Shown here in pieces: positions 12,433 through 25,215 of a stretch of 64,000 nucleotides of DNA. The position numbers and the translations under genes were made by a program. Each line of letters opens with the position of its first letter. Within the stretch, counting starts at the first letter, position 1. Location: NCBI RefSeq assembly GCF_044704955.1, contig NC_091984.1, forward strand, positions 52,886,001 through 52,950,000. Reading direction: 5' to 3'. This DNA comes from Pristiophorus japonicus (lineage: Eukaryota). A model generated the notes under the pieces. The model saw nothing but the letters and a program-made list of their open reading frames with translations, did not search any database and had not been told where the DNA came from.

Positions 12433-12999
12433 CTTGGGTAAGTCGAGTGTGTGTACTCCATATAAGGAAATAGAATTTATATCTCTGTGCATTTCTTAGT
12501 AGCGTAGTCTGGAGACTTTTAAACATGGTGATGGGTTTCCGCACAGGTCAGACACACGCAAAAGGAAAAAACACTTCTTAGCAAACAGTGAGTTCATTTT
12601 TTTTTAAAGTGGTCGTGACATGCAACAGGGACAAATAAATCTGTACACAAAGGCTAGAGACAAACATTTACTCAAAATCTTAATTGTAAAAAATGGGCAA
12701 AGTGTATTAAACTTACTATTACAATCATTATTTTTGAAGTCAAACAGGAAAATTTGCATTATTTTAGTGATGTTCCAGCCTCATACTGTGAGGTATTTTA
12801 TTTTTTCATTTTTATTTGACAGCTAAAACTGTTCAGATAAAAATGTACATAGTTCACACATTGTGAAAGTGCTAAAATTAAACATGTAGAACAGCTTCTG
12901 TTCCCACCAAAAGAAAGCACTTGATGGTCGTTATTTGTGATGATTATTATTACTTTTTTTTCATTGTTCCTCCGATGACTGAGCCGGCAAATGCACCAT

Positions 13000-13365
13000 C
13001 TGGAATGGTACTGGGCCATACAGAACATGGTTTGAGCTGAGTTAACTGATATGAGCTGTGGCAACAGTAGGTGCACTGTAATTGGTCTCAGAACTCTTGA
13101 GCTATGGAAAGGTAAATCAACCAGGGTTCCCAATCTTGATCATTATCCAGTGACTTGAAAGTGCGTGTGTGTGAACTCCAGCTGAGAACAGATCAGGTTT
13201 GACTATGGTGGTTCCTGTGATTGAATAGCTTGCTAAAACTCACCTCCCAAGTTAACAAATGAATGGTTGCTTGTTCAAGATAATGGAGAGCTATTGATGC
13301 CTGAGGAAACATATTTCAGCATACGTTAAAGCCTTTGGGTTAGAAGAGAAGAAATTGGAAAATAA
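13000..13365 (+). mobile_element. Ancient SINE family copy (other copies about 25215-25420 and 38600-38985)
   Basis: Shared motifs gagtt(a/g)(a/g)ctgat, acaattgg, atccagtg, aggatcgggctc, gaatagc, gaatgg and gaaattgg in the same order in the copies. Confidence 0.6.
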
Positions 13366-14276
13366 ATGTTTCAAGATTATTTTGTTTTTAAACTAGCTTT
13401 ATGCCATAATTAAAATCATGAAAACTTTGGTTATTTGATATCCAGAGCCTGCCTACGTTAAGACACTTTGGTTTAATTATAATAGCTCTTTTTATTGACC
13501 CGCTCTTCTTAAGCTTATAGGGCTTTGATGTCAGCTCAACTGGGCTTTCCCGTAATGTCTTTATTAGAATAACTTTTTTTTTTACTGTTGATTAATAAGA
13601 TTGCAACAAAAAAATAGGAAAGATGCTATGTGTAAGCATTCCAGAAATTCCTTCAGTTAAAAGGATCTTAGTTAGACTGCAAAACTCCTTTATTTTTCTT
13701 CGTTTGCTTCCCCCAAGGGCAATCAAGGAAACCCATTCCCAAGTCTTCAATGTTGCTATCAAGTTAACCATTATAATGTGGCTCAAAGCAGCACAGGATG
13801 ATTGATGTAACAGATAGTAAACGGGTACTATTTTCCCCAAACCCCTACCGATGATGGCATGGGCCAGCTGATAATCTCACTGCAAGTGGAATCATTGGTC
13901 CCAATCCGTATCCACTGTGCCACACCACATCATGTTGAGGTAGCAAAATGAATGATCTCACTGGAGTCTCCTGATCTTTATCCAGCTAATTTTTTCACAG
14001 AGTGAGGCATTCTGTGTCTGCGATCCTTGGCAATTATGCTTTCGCATACACATCTCTGAAAAGATTACCATCACCAGCTCTTCAAAAAAATAAATCAAAT
14101 GAGAAACTCAAACTAACTGACTATTAACATGATGTCCTTTGCCTACAACTCACATACCTAGAAAATTGTGTTTTTTGCTTTTTGGGGGGATGACATTATG
14201 AACAGTTTCACAAACGCTTTTGCTCAAATATATTTATCCAATAATGGAATTCTACCACTAAAAACCATGCCATTTT

Positions 14277-14382
14277 TTCCCAGTTCTGCCGAAAGGTCAT
14301 CGACCTGAAATGTTAACTCTGTTTCTCTCTCCACAGAGGCTGCCTGGACCTGCTGAATATTTCCAGCATTTTCTGTTTTTAT
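14277..14382 (+). mobile_element. Penelope-type pseudo-LTR fragment with degenerate minimal hammerhead motif
   Basis: agtt CTGCCGA aaggtc atc gacct GAAA tgtta act..., followed by ctctctccacagaggctgcctggacctgctgaatatttccagcattttctg, homologous to 2120-2330. Confidence 0.6.
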
Positions 14383-14694
14383 ATGCTATTTTTTAATGGC
14401 CTACCACTTTTAAGTAAAAGCTCCTGGAAAGTAGAAGAGAATGCCCTTCTGCGAACTGGCTTAATAACAAACCAATCATTTGTTCCCAGTGATAGGAAAT
14501 GACTTGCTTCAAGAGCGCTGTTTGACTAACACGGTGAAATTTCTGCAACATTTCAGGACAAATGACATTATTTTGAATATGATTTTTTTGTTTTGAAAAA
14601 AAAATAATTGCCTGGGACTGTTGGGGTCATTGCCAGAATTCAGAGTACTCACCCCAGAGTCACTTTCTCCTTTCATCATTACTCATTGTAAGAC

Positions 14695-14888
14695 TTGGAT
14701 TTTTAAAAGAGATCCTACTGATGAAAATTCCTATTTAAAATGGGCCTTGCTGATGAGATTTACCATTTAAATGAAGTCCTGATTGAAAAGCGAGTTCTAT
14801 TGGTGGCGTACTCTATACAAATTACATCCTGTTGATGAGATTCTTTTTGAAATGGTTTCCTGATAGTGATATCTCACCCTTTAAAAGA
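14695..14888. repeat. Degenerate minisatellite, about 32-bp unit, 5-6 copies
   Basis: Recurring units such as atttaaaatgggccttgctgatgagatttacc, tttaaaagagatcctactgatgaaaattcct and atcctgttgatgagattct. Confidence 0.6.
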
Positions 14889-14986
14889 ATAAAAATAGTT
14901 GGAACATTGTTCGGGTACGCATAAGAATCACTTTGCACCTGGGTTCTTACAACAGTCAATGGATGCCGTTCTTCCCCCTTTCCCAC

Positions 14987-15082
14987 CTGGTATCTGTCCG
15001 AATGATGAGTGTCATCTGCAGAGAGAGGCGACGCTGTCGGAGACTCCCCTTCCCTTTTAATTGGTGCTGATAGCAGAACAGA
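14987..15082 (-). CDS. RNF220: RNF220 coding exon (equivalent to mammalian exon 5), 96 nt, phase 0 to 0
   Basis: Polypyrimidine tract ttttttttctctctctctacAG, then SVLLSAPIKREGESPTASPLSADDTHHSDRYQ, donor CAG|GTGGGA; matches recalled human SLLLSASIKREGESPTASPHSSATDDLHHSDRYQ. Confidence 0.96.
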
Positions 15083-15730
15083 CTGTAGAGAGAGAGAAAA
15101 AAAACATCCATCAAAAAAATATCAGTCGCAATACAACATTCAGTACTTATTGAATATGCAAAAATTCATGTAAGACATTGGAAAATATTAATATTGTCAA
15201 AATATGATTATGATTCATATCATTAAAAGAGCACAGACACCAGTGCAACCAAATCTGAAGGATCCTGGCAATGTCCCAGAGCACAAGCTCTTCTCATCAA
15301 CTCAAATTATTATGCTGGGCACCTGCTTCTCCTCCTCAGCATCGTGCCCACACTTCTGTGCAGTCATTCTTCTTTTCTTATCACAGAAACTCAAACATTT
15401 CTTAGCAGTTTCATGAAAAAAAAACAATACAACCCCAACCATTATAAATATGCTCAGGTGATCAGTTTTGATGCCATGGTACCATACATGTTTTGCTATT
15501 CTTTACATTAGCTTAACCTCTAATCCTACATAAATAGTTTTTTTTCCCCCTTTCTACCCACCTTCTCTTATTAGGTTAACATTGCTATAAAGCAGTTTCT
15601 GCTGTGCAGTGATGCGAAAGTTGTAATGTACACCTTGGGAGTCACAGCATGAGCCAAATCCAGTGAGAAGCAATGCGAAACTCCCTGAAGGTAGTCTTCA
15701 ATCTCTTTGGCTTGACACTACATGGAGTGT

Positions 15731-16020
15731 AACAACAACAACAACAACAACTTGCATTTATATAGCACCTTTAACGTAGTAAAACGTCCCAAGACACTTC
15801 ACAGGAGCGTTATCAAATAAAATTTGACACCTAGCCACATAAGGAGATATTAGGACAGATGAGATGTAGGTTTTAAGGAGCGTCTGAAAGGAGAGTGGTA
15901 GAGAGGTGAAAATGTTCAGGGAGGGAATTCCAGAGCTTAGGGCCCATGCAGCTGAAGGCACAGCCGCCAATGGTGGAGTGATTAAAACCGGGGATGCCCA
16001 AGAGGCTGAATTGGAATGCA
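15731..16020 (-). mobile_element. L2-clade LINE 3' fragment with (TTG)n tail
   Basis: (caa)n-cttgcatttatatagcacctttaacgtagtaaaacg; near-identical copy at 61015-61322 encodes the L2 C-terminal motif RAFS..GPKLWNSL..FK..LKTYL. Confidence 0.8.
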
Positions 16021-16974
16021 ACTCAAGTGTGGTGTCAAACTGGTTTCAAAAAGTGATCAGGAAGTTGACTGAACCATCTGGGCACTCTATAAATCTATTT
16101 GGAGTTAATTTGAAAGTTTGTAGAGCAGGGAAGATTGCTTCCTGTGCTCTCTAAACATTTAAATGTTAATTGTTGGGAGAGGAGCTCTGCTTATGTTGGT
16201 AACCACACATGCATACAGCTCTCTTGGGCAGGAGAATTGGGAATTCTAGCCAAGCAGTATAAACTGCTTGCCTGGTACTCGCACTTCAGCTATCTGTCTA
16301 TGAGATTGATAGCTGCAGTATATTTGCAGAATTTAAGTATTTGTACTTTTGTCTGTTTCTAGTTTTTACAGCTTTCGTACTTTTGTCTCTCTGAGTCTTT
16401 GTTTTTTGATAGTTTTTCTTTATTCTCATGCTATCATGCAGCTTCCCTTCTGATCAGCACCTCTCCAAATCAGTATGGTTGAAATTTGGAACTCAACATT
16501 TGGGGAAATCTCAGTTGTAAACAGAATTCTACTACTCAGTAACATAATGCATTGAAGTTACAAAGTGCTTCATAACCTTCATATCTTAATTAGTTTTATC
16601 ATCTATACTTCAACTGAACTGAGATAAATTACTGTTTCTCTAGAAAAGACTGAGGTATGAATGTTGTATTTCTAACTTGCCTCTGTTGAAATTAAGCTAA
16701 AAAGGCAATATTCAATGTGACGGGCACTCAGAACATGGATAACTGTTACACTGTACATTGAAATGGGTCAGCATTCTGGTTAATAAGAGCAATTGAGAAA
16801 TAGCATTGTCACATTGAAAACTTTGGCTTGTGCTAGAATTAGACCAGAAACAAATATGCATCTACTTGGAGTTACAATTAGCTGCATGCAACAATATATT
16901 AACATATACAAAGTAATAATATTCCAGTGGCAGTCTATTATTTATCAATAAAGCACTTAGGGTGAGAATCATAT

Positions 16975-17660
16975 TAAAAGTGAGATGCAAATACAAAATG
17001 AGAAAATCCCATATGCTCCATTAAGCCCACTCTTTCCAATGGGCTGCAAATAACTTGTACAGTCATGCACTCTCCCTAAGTTATTCAATCTGCTGAGAGA
17101 GGCAAATAACCACTCTGAACATTTCCATGAAAATAAAATTCAGTATAATCTCTTCTTGAGCCCAAAGGCTGTTGAGCAAAAACTCCAGGATATCCATCTA
17201 ACATTCTTCAGTTCTGACCTGTTCCTTTGGTCCCAAGAAATCTTGTCCCATAGTACTCCTTGGAATTTTTATTATCCGAGCCTATACTTATTCCTGCAAA
17301 CCTCAATCCCTTTCATAACCAGATATTTTGTCCTGGTCTTTTTAAAGGATTTAATCAACATAACATTAACTACTTTTGATAGAAATCTGTTCTGCATAGC
17401 TACAACTTTATGGGAAAAAACAATTTCTTCTAATCTCTAGTCTTGCTTGAGGCTTGTCAATTTTGTACTTGTGTGCTCCAGTGCTACAATCAAATTTTAA
17501 GTTAAATAACCTGCTTACATCCACGTTATCCATACCTTGCGGCATTTTAAAGACCTGAATCATGCCATATCTTTTTTTCAATGAGAACAAGTCAGATTCT
17601 GTCAGTCTCTCCTCATAACATAGCAGCGAGTGTTAGAATCATGCTTGTCATTCTGCTCCC
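16975..17660 (-). mobile_element. Old CR1 3' fragment
   Basis: Minus-strand peptide FSLKKR..MIQVFK..QGMDNVD..HKYKI....RLEIRRN.F is the CR1 ORF2 C-terminus. Confidence 0.7.
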
Positions 17661-19803
17661 AATCATTCACATAAAACCATTGTGATGCCAGAGAGCCAGT
17701 AACTCACACATGTCCTCTGGGCACATGGGTTGTATACTTTCAATAACTCATCATTCTCATTAATCCTTTAAATAAATACAGGAATGGCGCAACTTTGTAT
17801 CTAGTATTTAAAGAGTAACACACCCACAATCTACTTTAAAAAAAACTATTAGTAAGGACTGCAATTAGCATTGATTAGTTGTTTTTGCTGCGGATTTAGC
17901 GACTATTTATTGTTTTAACTGATGACATCATAAGGGGAGCTGGTGGAGGGGAGGGTCTATGGCTGACAGTGTGAAAGAGCTGAATTACTGACATTAGAGA
18001 TTCATTCAATGACCCAGGATACTTCACCAAACATATCAATCTACAGCGCGTGTTAGTTAATTCTTGTGCAGTGGTCATTCCCAATAGCTGCTCTTTGTCA
18101 ATTCCCCTCTCCCCAATGATGTCATCAACTTTCACCAATTAAACAAAAATGTATGTATATATTTTAATCAGCAGAAACAAACAGGGAGAAAAGTATGCTA
18201 AGGGTAATCATAATCCTTTGTAAATGTTTAATTTATAAGAGAAGTCTTGACAGTGCGACTTCTTTAACCACTGATTTAACATTTCCTTCTTCTCTAGTCC
18301 TAGGGTTGGTCTGATGTCCAGGATGTACCGAGACAGTATTTTTGTAATGTAAATTATTCTTTCTTTCCCTTCCAAAACCTTTTATTCAAAATAGGGTCAA
18401 ATGATTAATAGACCACAATAGTTTTAGTCAAGTAGAAGCTCATTCCTGTATTAATCAAATAACTGAATAATCGGTGTTCTCCCTATGCAGACAGTGGAAT
18501 TAAATGTTATGTATTGGTTTCATACTTTTGGCCAGCTGCTAAAGCAAGGCCCATTTATTTTGCAGCCTCTGAGATCCATGGAGACGACCTCTGAAAAATG
18601 TAGGGCCGAACTAATCCCAAACATGTCAATCTCAAGCCCTCTTCTACATACGGCTGCAGTTCAGCTTAATAAACTATTCTTAAATACTGTGGAGCTGCTC
18701 ACTTCCAAACACTCCCTTGCATGCGTAAGTGAAAGTGCAGAGCCACGGATACCAAATAATACTGTCCTCCTGCGGCTGTAGTGTATTATAGGAGTGTCAC
18801 AAATAATAGATCTTTTAATGCCAAACAGTCACGGGTTGCCTGGGTGAATAATCGATTATTTGGTGATGATCAAAAAGGGACGCATGCCAGTTGGTACAAT
18901 TTCAGCATTTTATTTTTTTAATAAATATTATTATTTTGAACTACAATCCAGAAATGAGACACTATCAATCATCCAACACTGTAAAGCACATTCCATTTTT
19001 CATGAGGGCCAACAGTTGGAGTTGCCAGTTGTGGTACTCAGCTAGATGAGAATGCGGCTGATGGGTGATGTAGTGGAGAAATAGCACAAATGTATGCAAC
19101 CTATGTCTTTAGCACATGCCTGGTGAATAAAATGTCATATTTATTAAATATGCTGGGGACATCTAGTGGTAAAATACTAATACTGAATCACTTTTAAAAA
19201 CTTATCAACCTATCATAGTGATACAGACTGCAAAATATCATAAGTATCACCGGAAGACAATTTGAACCAGCTTAAACCTTTTCTATCATGTCCAATATCA
19301 GCTGTTCATCAGGCACATATAGCTCAATCTGACACTGGAGAATCAAGTATTTTAAAGACTTGGATTTATCTAGCAGCTTTCACGACCAACAGACATCTCA
19401 AAGCGCTTTACAGCCAATGAAGTACTTTTGCAGTGTAGTCACTGTTGTAATGTAGTGATGGGCACAGAGTGTAGTTTGTTCATAAATGACTGACATACAT
19501 AATAAATAGACTGTTGGTAGTTTCGCTCCCAACTGGGTCACATGTTTAAGTCCCAGGTGCTGCCTGTCGCTTGAACTTGCGAGCCTCACATTGGGTGACC
19601 TTCATTTCTCAGCTGTGTAGAGCGTTGGACAACAGCAACCATTTCCATCCGGCAGCTTGTGACTACTTCTCCCCATAAATCACACTTCCTGCTGGATAAT
19701 GCGTAAGGCATTAGCAGTGTGCTATGAAAAGATTGACACCCAAATGAAGGAAAAGCCTACATACAAGAGGGGGAAAAAGATTTTGATTTTATTTAAATTA
19801 TTT

Positions 19804-20399
19804 GGGCTAGAAATTTGGCGATTTTGCGACCGGGTTTTTGATGCAATTTCATCTTTTTTGGCGAAAACCCGGTCGGCGGAAAATTCGTTGACGTTTTGCG
19901 GTGGCGCTTTTCAAATACTGCTGGAGAGGAGCGCCGCCGTGCAAGAATTGAAATATCGCTTTCACCTAAAATTTGGCTCTGTGTGCATCCATATTTTGCA
20001 CGAAAAAGACGGACAGGGAAAAAGCTGCATTGCAGCCCTTGGAGCAGCGGTAAGTATGAAGACCTGCAAAAAAGGTAAGTTAAAATTTTAATTATTTAAT
20101 TCTTTTGCAGCGATTCACTCGATAAGTCTCTTGTATACGTTTGGTGAATTTTTTTTGTTGGTTTTTTCCAATTTACTTTTAGGTGTTTTTCCGCCCTCCC
20201 AAGGCCCAACTCACAGCGGTTTCGGCCTCGGATTAAAGTTGGCAAGAATCGCGGTTTGAGTCGCGAATTCTCGTGCAACGCCGATTTTTACCGCTGCGCA
20301 AATTAAACCTTGAATTTACGGCCTCATAGCAATAGTGTTGCGATAACGGTAATTTTGGCAAAAAAATACAGTTATCGCTGAGAACCGAATTTCTAGCCC
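19804..20399. mobile_element. Harbinger-type MITE
   Basis: Perfect 12-bp TIR GGGCTAGAAATT / AATTTCTAGCCC; CpG-rich. Confidence 0.8.
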
Positions 20400-20414
20400 A
20401 TACTCTGTGATAAA

Positions 20415-21272
20415 AGGCCCAAATTTGGCCAGGAGTTGCTCCGCTTTTTTTTTTTAAGTGTCTTAAAAAACCCCATTCTGCATTTAATTTGCGCCAGTGT
20501 AAGTGAGTTAATTAGGATTTTTTTTAGTTTAGTTTAGTTTTTTTTTCCAAAAGGGGTTGTTACCAGCCACCTATGCCTGTTTTGGCCATTTAAGCCAGTT
20601 TGGACAGTTAATAGTTGCTCCAAACTAACTTAGGCCAGTGTATGTGGCCACTTGTGGCCCGCACAGAAAACCCTTGCGGAGAGTTAAGAAATCAGCGCAG
20701 GTAAGTACATTCTGAAGCACCAAGCACTAAACAAAGCACATAAATAAGCATTCAATAACAAATAAAAAATACAAGGAAGCTGAGAGGACCTGCACCTAGC
20801 ACCAAGACTAACAAAGCACTAAACAAAGCACAAAAAGTAATAAGCAATTAATTAACAAATAAAAAATAGAAGGAACCCTGCACCTAAAAGCACCAAGACC
20901 AAAGTAATAAGCAATCAATCAATCAATAATAAATAAAAAATAGAAGTTCTACCAAAACAAGGCCCGGGAAGGCTGCAGGCTGCCGATGAGGGAGACCATT
21001 CGGCCAGGGATAGGGGCGGCGCGCTTCGGCCCCTCCCACACAGCCTGCAGCACATTCTCACAGATTCTGGGGGTGAGGAGCTACTGTGCATGCGTGCACA
21101 CTCTAGTGCGCATGTGCAGAGGTCCTGTTCCGCCCCCGAATCCAGTGGCAACACTACGCCACCATCGAGGAGAGGCTGGGGAGCGGCCAAACTTGGCCCG
21201 AAGATTTTTGGAGCACTTCCAGGCGGACCTCTGGTGAGTGCGCCAGAAATCTGTACTGGCCAAATTCTACCT
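20415..21272. mobile_element. Harbinger-type MITE with internal tandem repeats
   Basis: TIR AGGCCCAAATTTGGCCAG / CTGGCCAAATTCTACCT; three A-rich units (agcaccaag...aataaaaaatagaag) at about 20714-20946. Confidence 0.75.
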
Positions 21273-21933
21273 CAATAAGAGTTGAATTTAAAGGGAAATC
21301 AATGCGACTTTCAACCACCTTAAATTTAATGAGATATGTTGTAACTTTATTATTATAAACTTTTATTAGAAGTCTCAGAAGAAGCGTCATCAAAGCCAAT
21401 TAAAGCCCTTGATACTAAGAAATAATTCTGCCAATGCGAAATTTATGACAATATTTTGCGATCTTTATTCGAACAGTTTGGTGCTGTGGTGGCAGGAGAT
21501 TTCACATTTGGCTATACAATAAATGGTTATGAGCTAAGCCATTACAAAAAGTGTCGTGGTTGCATACTGCTGGAAACCACGGAATGGGAATCAGTACACT
21601 TTCCGAATTGAATGATTTTTGAAGTTCAGACAGATGCAGCCACCAGAAGTGCAACCTTGAGTTGCTGGAAGTTCACATTTAATAGTAACCATCTAAATTT
21701 AAATGATTTGAAGGAAAGTCCAGGAATACTATCAAAATATTTTATCTTAAATTATCATTAGCTAACCAACATTGCACCCTCCTAATATAGTGATCCTGAA
21801 GCTTTTTGAACAGTAACAGTAAAGACTAAGGGGAAAAAGTGCTGGATTACTTAACCTTTCTGTGACATGAATTAGGAGGCCTTCTATTTCGCTTTTCCCA
21901 GTTTGTCTGCTGAGGGGAGCAACCAAAAATACG

Positions 21934-23437
21934 GGCCCGTAATTTGCAGTCAGTGGTGAAGCAAAGGCGCTCGCTCGCTCATTGGCCCCGAAGAAAGCTT
22001 CCCACAAAGATCCCACAATCTCTGTGGCGAGAAGTTCTGCTTTCTCGACATGCAGTTGAGTTTAGTGGGAATTTCGTAGCGCAAGCTGCTGGGACATCAA
22101 CAAGCTGTCGGAGCAGCCAATCACAACGCAGAGTTCCCACCTACAGCAAACTCGGAAGTGAGTAAGCTCCTTTGATTCTAACTCTTTAAAAATGTTAGTC
22201 GGCAAAACAAAGATTGGGGCTCTCACATGGGGAAAAGGGAAACCTGAAATAAAGATGAACAATCTTTTAAAAAATATACACTTTTTAAGTTTCTTAAACA
22301 TTTTAATTTTTTTATTAAAATGGAGAAATTTGACACTCCACAAAATTTAAATTAGTTTTTCAGGGTCATAATGTTTGTTTAGCCGTCAATACGCTGTTAA
22401 AATCCCAGTTACATCTGATCCAACAAGACCGAACATTGAATGGGGTATTTAACAGCGATATTACTGCAGGAAAGCCAAAGAGGTCAGAATTGCCCCTTTC
22501 CCTCTTTGAGGCGGCCACAGGTCGGTAAGGAATCACCACTGGGTCAGCGTGGAGGGGCCCACATTTTAAAAATTGCCCTGGTGGATTTTCCCACCAGAGA
22601 TTGTCTCCGCTCCGTCCGTTTTCCCACCCCGTCGGGCACCCTGCGGGAAATTTCCCCGTCCGGAATTGCCCCGCCGGTCAGTACCACTGACAACTTTTTC
22701 TGGCGGCAAACTTCTTGTGGCTGGGGAGGGGAGGGCGCACTACCACAGCCGTCTTTTTATTTTAATTGTCGGCCAACTGCCAGGTTGGCCCAACAATGGT
22801 AGTCATGGGTTCGGCCGGGCCGCCAACAGGCAGCCCCGCATGTCCTCTTGGGTACCGGGCCGCTGGCCCGGCCTAAACCCTCCCTGGTGGCCCAGTGTTT
22901 GCCACTAAAGTGGCTGCAGAGTTCACAGCGGCCCTCCCCTTTAACTGAAGGGGAAAGATGTTGTGATGCGTTAGCGCCACGCGGCACGTCCCGTCGCGCT
23001 GACATCATCACGGCACACTGATGACTCGGAGCGACGGCCACTCCGACCCGCCCGCACTTCCGCCCTGATGATGACACCACTTCCGTCCCGCTCCAAAAAA
23101 AACCCAACAAGGACCTGAATTTTTCCGGATTGTCCACCCTATGCATTGGGGCGGATGGAACCCTTATAAACTAATAGGTGCGCCCTGTTTCGGGCAGTAT
23201 CGGCCCCGAAGTTTTCATCAGTTTCACTGATATCCCCGATTACACTGATTGCCGGCTATGGGGGGACGGAGGGGGTTGCACACCACAGCCAGTGTCGGAG
23301 TAGTGAATGACTGACCATAACTTCAGGAGTTCCGTGTTAGGATGCGCTAAATCCTGAAGTTGCGGTCAGTTTCAAAGGGGTAATAACAGCGAACGCGATT
23401 CACTGACTGTTACTACACTGACTGCAAATTCCGAGCC
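21934..23437. mobile_element. Harbinger-type MITE containing a nested MITE
   Basis: 21-bp TIR GGCCCGTAATTTGCAGTCAGT / ACTGACTGCAAATTCCGAGCC. Confidence 0.75.
22480..23207. mobile_element. Nested GC-rich Harbinger-type MITE
   Basis: Termini GAGGTCAGAATTGCCC / GGGCAGTATCGGCCCC; internal similarity to 46400-47000 and 47583-47923. Confidence 0.65.
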
Positions 23438-24367
23438 ATTATTTTGTAAAACAGAACTCTCTATATGCATGGGAGCATGCATGGACCCAATTTAACAATA
23501 TCTTCAAGACTACCAACATTATAATCTGCTGCCTTCCTTGTCTTGGAATTGTGAATTTATGCCAGTAAGGACTGTGTCTGTAAGTCCTAACATCTCTCTT
23601 GTTTTCTCAAGCTGGAGAGAATGATATGGAAGTGCAGCTATCCCAGCATCCATAGTGGTAGTGAAAGCCCTCTATAAAAACTACAGACAAGTTTGCACCT
23701 CACATATGCCAACCTGCAAAACTAGGAAAAGCTGACTCAGCCTCAAATAAGCAGACCTGAATATTTATGACATATAGCTAAGGTGAAAGTGCAGGCCTGT
23801 CATGAACTAAGCGGCAGATATACCCACTATGTGAATCACTTATGTAGTGGAAGATTGTGGCAAAAAAAAATGGGGATTTCCCCTCATTTCTTGTGGGAAA
23901 ATTAGGGGCAGTTTTCCTCTGCAGGCCACCACTGGGTGCACAGTAGATTCAGTGAACCAGACACGCACTGTGCTTTTGAGTGAACTTCCCACAATTTTCC
24001 TGACACGGGCCATTTGCATGAGCTGGACATAGTCCTGGCTGCTCGCATCAGGACCTTCTGGCTACTGCTGCTGGAGGGACCTGAAAATTATCATGGGCGG
24101 GAATTAAAAAAAACTCACCAGTCACCACTTACCTCAGAGGTTCGAAGCGAAAGGCCTACTGCCAGGCTTCTGCAGGTACTCTTCGCTTGTTACCCAATGG
24201 TCAAGCAAAGAGGAAACTGAGGCAGGAGGCTGGGAAAGACCCCTCCTGCCTCATCTGCATAATTACACTGGAGCAACACTGATTTACAACTGCAGACACT
24301 GCACTAAAATTCAGACTGTACATGTGAAATGTGTGCCACAATCAGCCAGGGTACTGATTCTTGGTCG

Positions 24368-25215
24368 ATTGAAAGTGTATTAAACAGTGAGGAAGATAGT
24401 AATAGACTTCAAGAAGACATAGACAGGCTGGTGGAATGGACGGACACAAAGCAGATGAAATTAAATGCAGAAAATTGTGAGGCAATACATTTTGGTAGGA
24501 AGAATGAAGAGAGACAATACATGTTAAATGGTACAATTTTAAAGGGGGTGTGAGAACAGAGAGACCTGGGGTCGTGTGCACAAATCTTTTATGCAGTTCA
24601 TAAAGCATATGGGATACTAGGCTTTATAAATAGAGACATAGAGTACAAAAAGCAGGAAGTTACGCTAAACCTATTATAAAACACTAGTTCGGACCCATCT
24701 GGAGTATTGTATCCAATTCTGGGAAACACACTTTAGGAAGGACGTCAAGGTTTTAGAGAGGGTTCAGAAGAGATTTACTAGGATGGTTCCTGGGAAGAGG
24801 GGTTTCAGTTACATGGATGGATTGGAGAAGCTGGGGTTGTTCTCCTTGGAGAGAAGGCTAAGAGAAGATTTGATAGAGATGTTTTAGTTAGAGTAAATAA
24901 GGAGAAATTATTTGCAATGACTGAAGGGTCGATAACCAGAGGCCACAGAATTAAGGTGATGGGCAGTAAAATCAGAGGCGACATGAGGAAAAACTATTTT
25001 ACACAACGATTGGTTAGGATTTGGAATGCACTGCCTGACAGAGCGGTGGATATAGATTCAATAGTAGCCTTCAGAAGGGAATTGGATAAATACACAAAGG
25101 ATAAAAAATTGCAGGGATATGGGGAAAGAGTGGGGGCATGGGACTAACTGGATTACTCTGCAAAAGAGCTGGCGCAGACTCTATGGGCCGAATGGCCTCC
25201 TTCTGTGCTGTACTA
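24368..25215 (+). mobile_element. CR1 LINE 3' fragment
   Basis: Peptides NSEEDSNRLQEDIDRLVEW...CEAIHFGRKN and TRGHRIKV..RKNYFTQRLVRIWNALP; tail tgggccgaatggcctccttctgtgctgta. Confidence 0.9.

Noticed and set aside
14653-14714. Exon-like segment with GGG|GTGAGT donor
   Set aside because: Acceptor lies inside the minisatellite without a pyrimidine tract and the phase-0 frame has an early stop.
15636-15686. Minus-strand ...LAHAVTPK|GTGTAC, resembling the end of human exon 4 (PGTPK)
   Set aside because: Poor peptide match, resembles a reversed SINE fragment, and the true 46-nt exon is at 39949-39994.
20714-20946. Repeat array that might suggest a CRISPR-like repeat-spacer structure
   Set aside because: Degenerate tandem units without unique spacers, inside a MITE, in a vertebrate genome with no cas genes.
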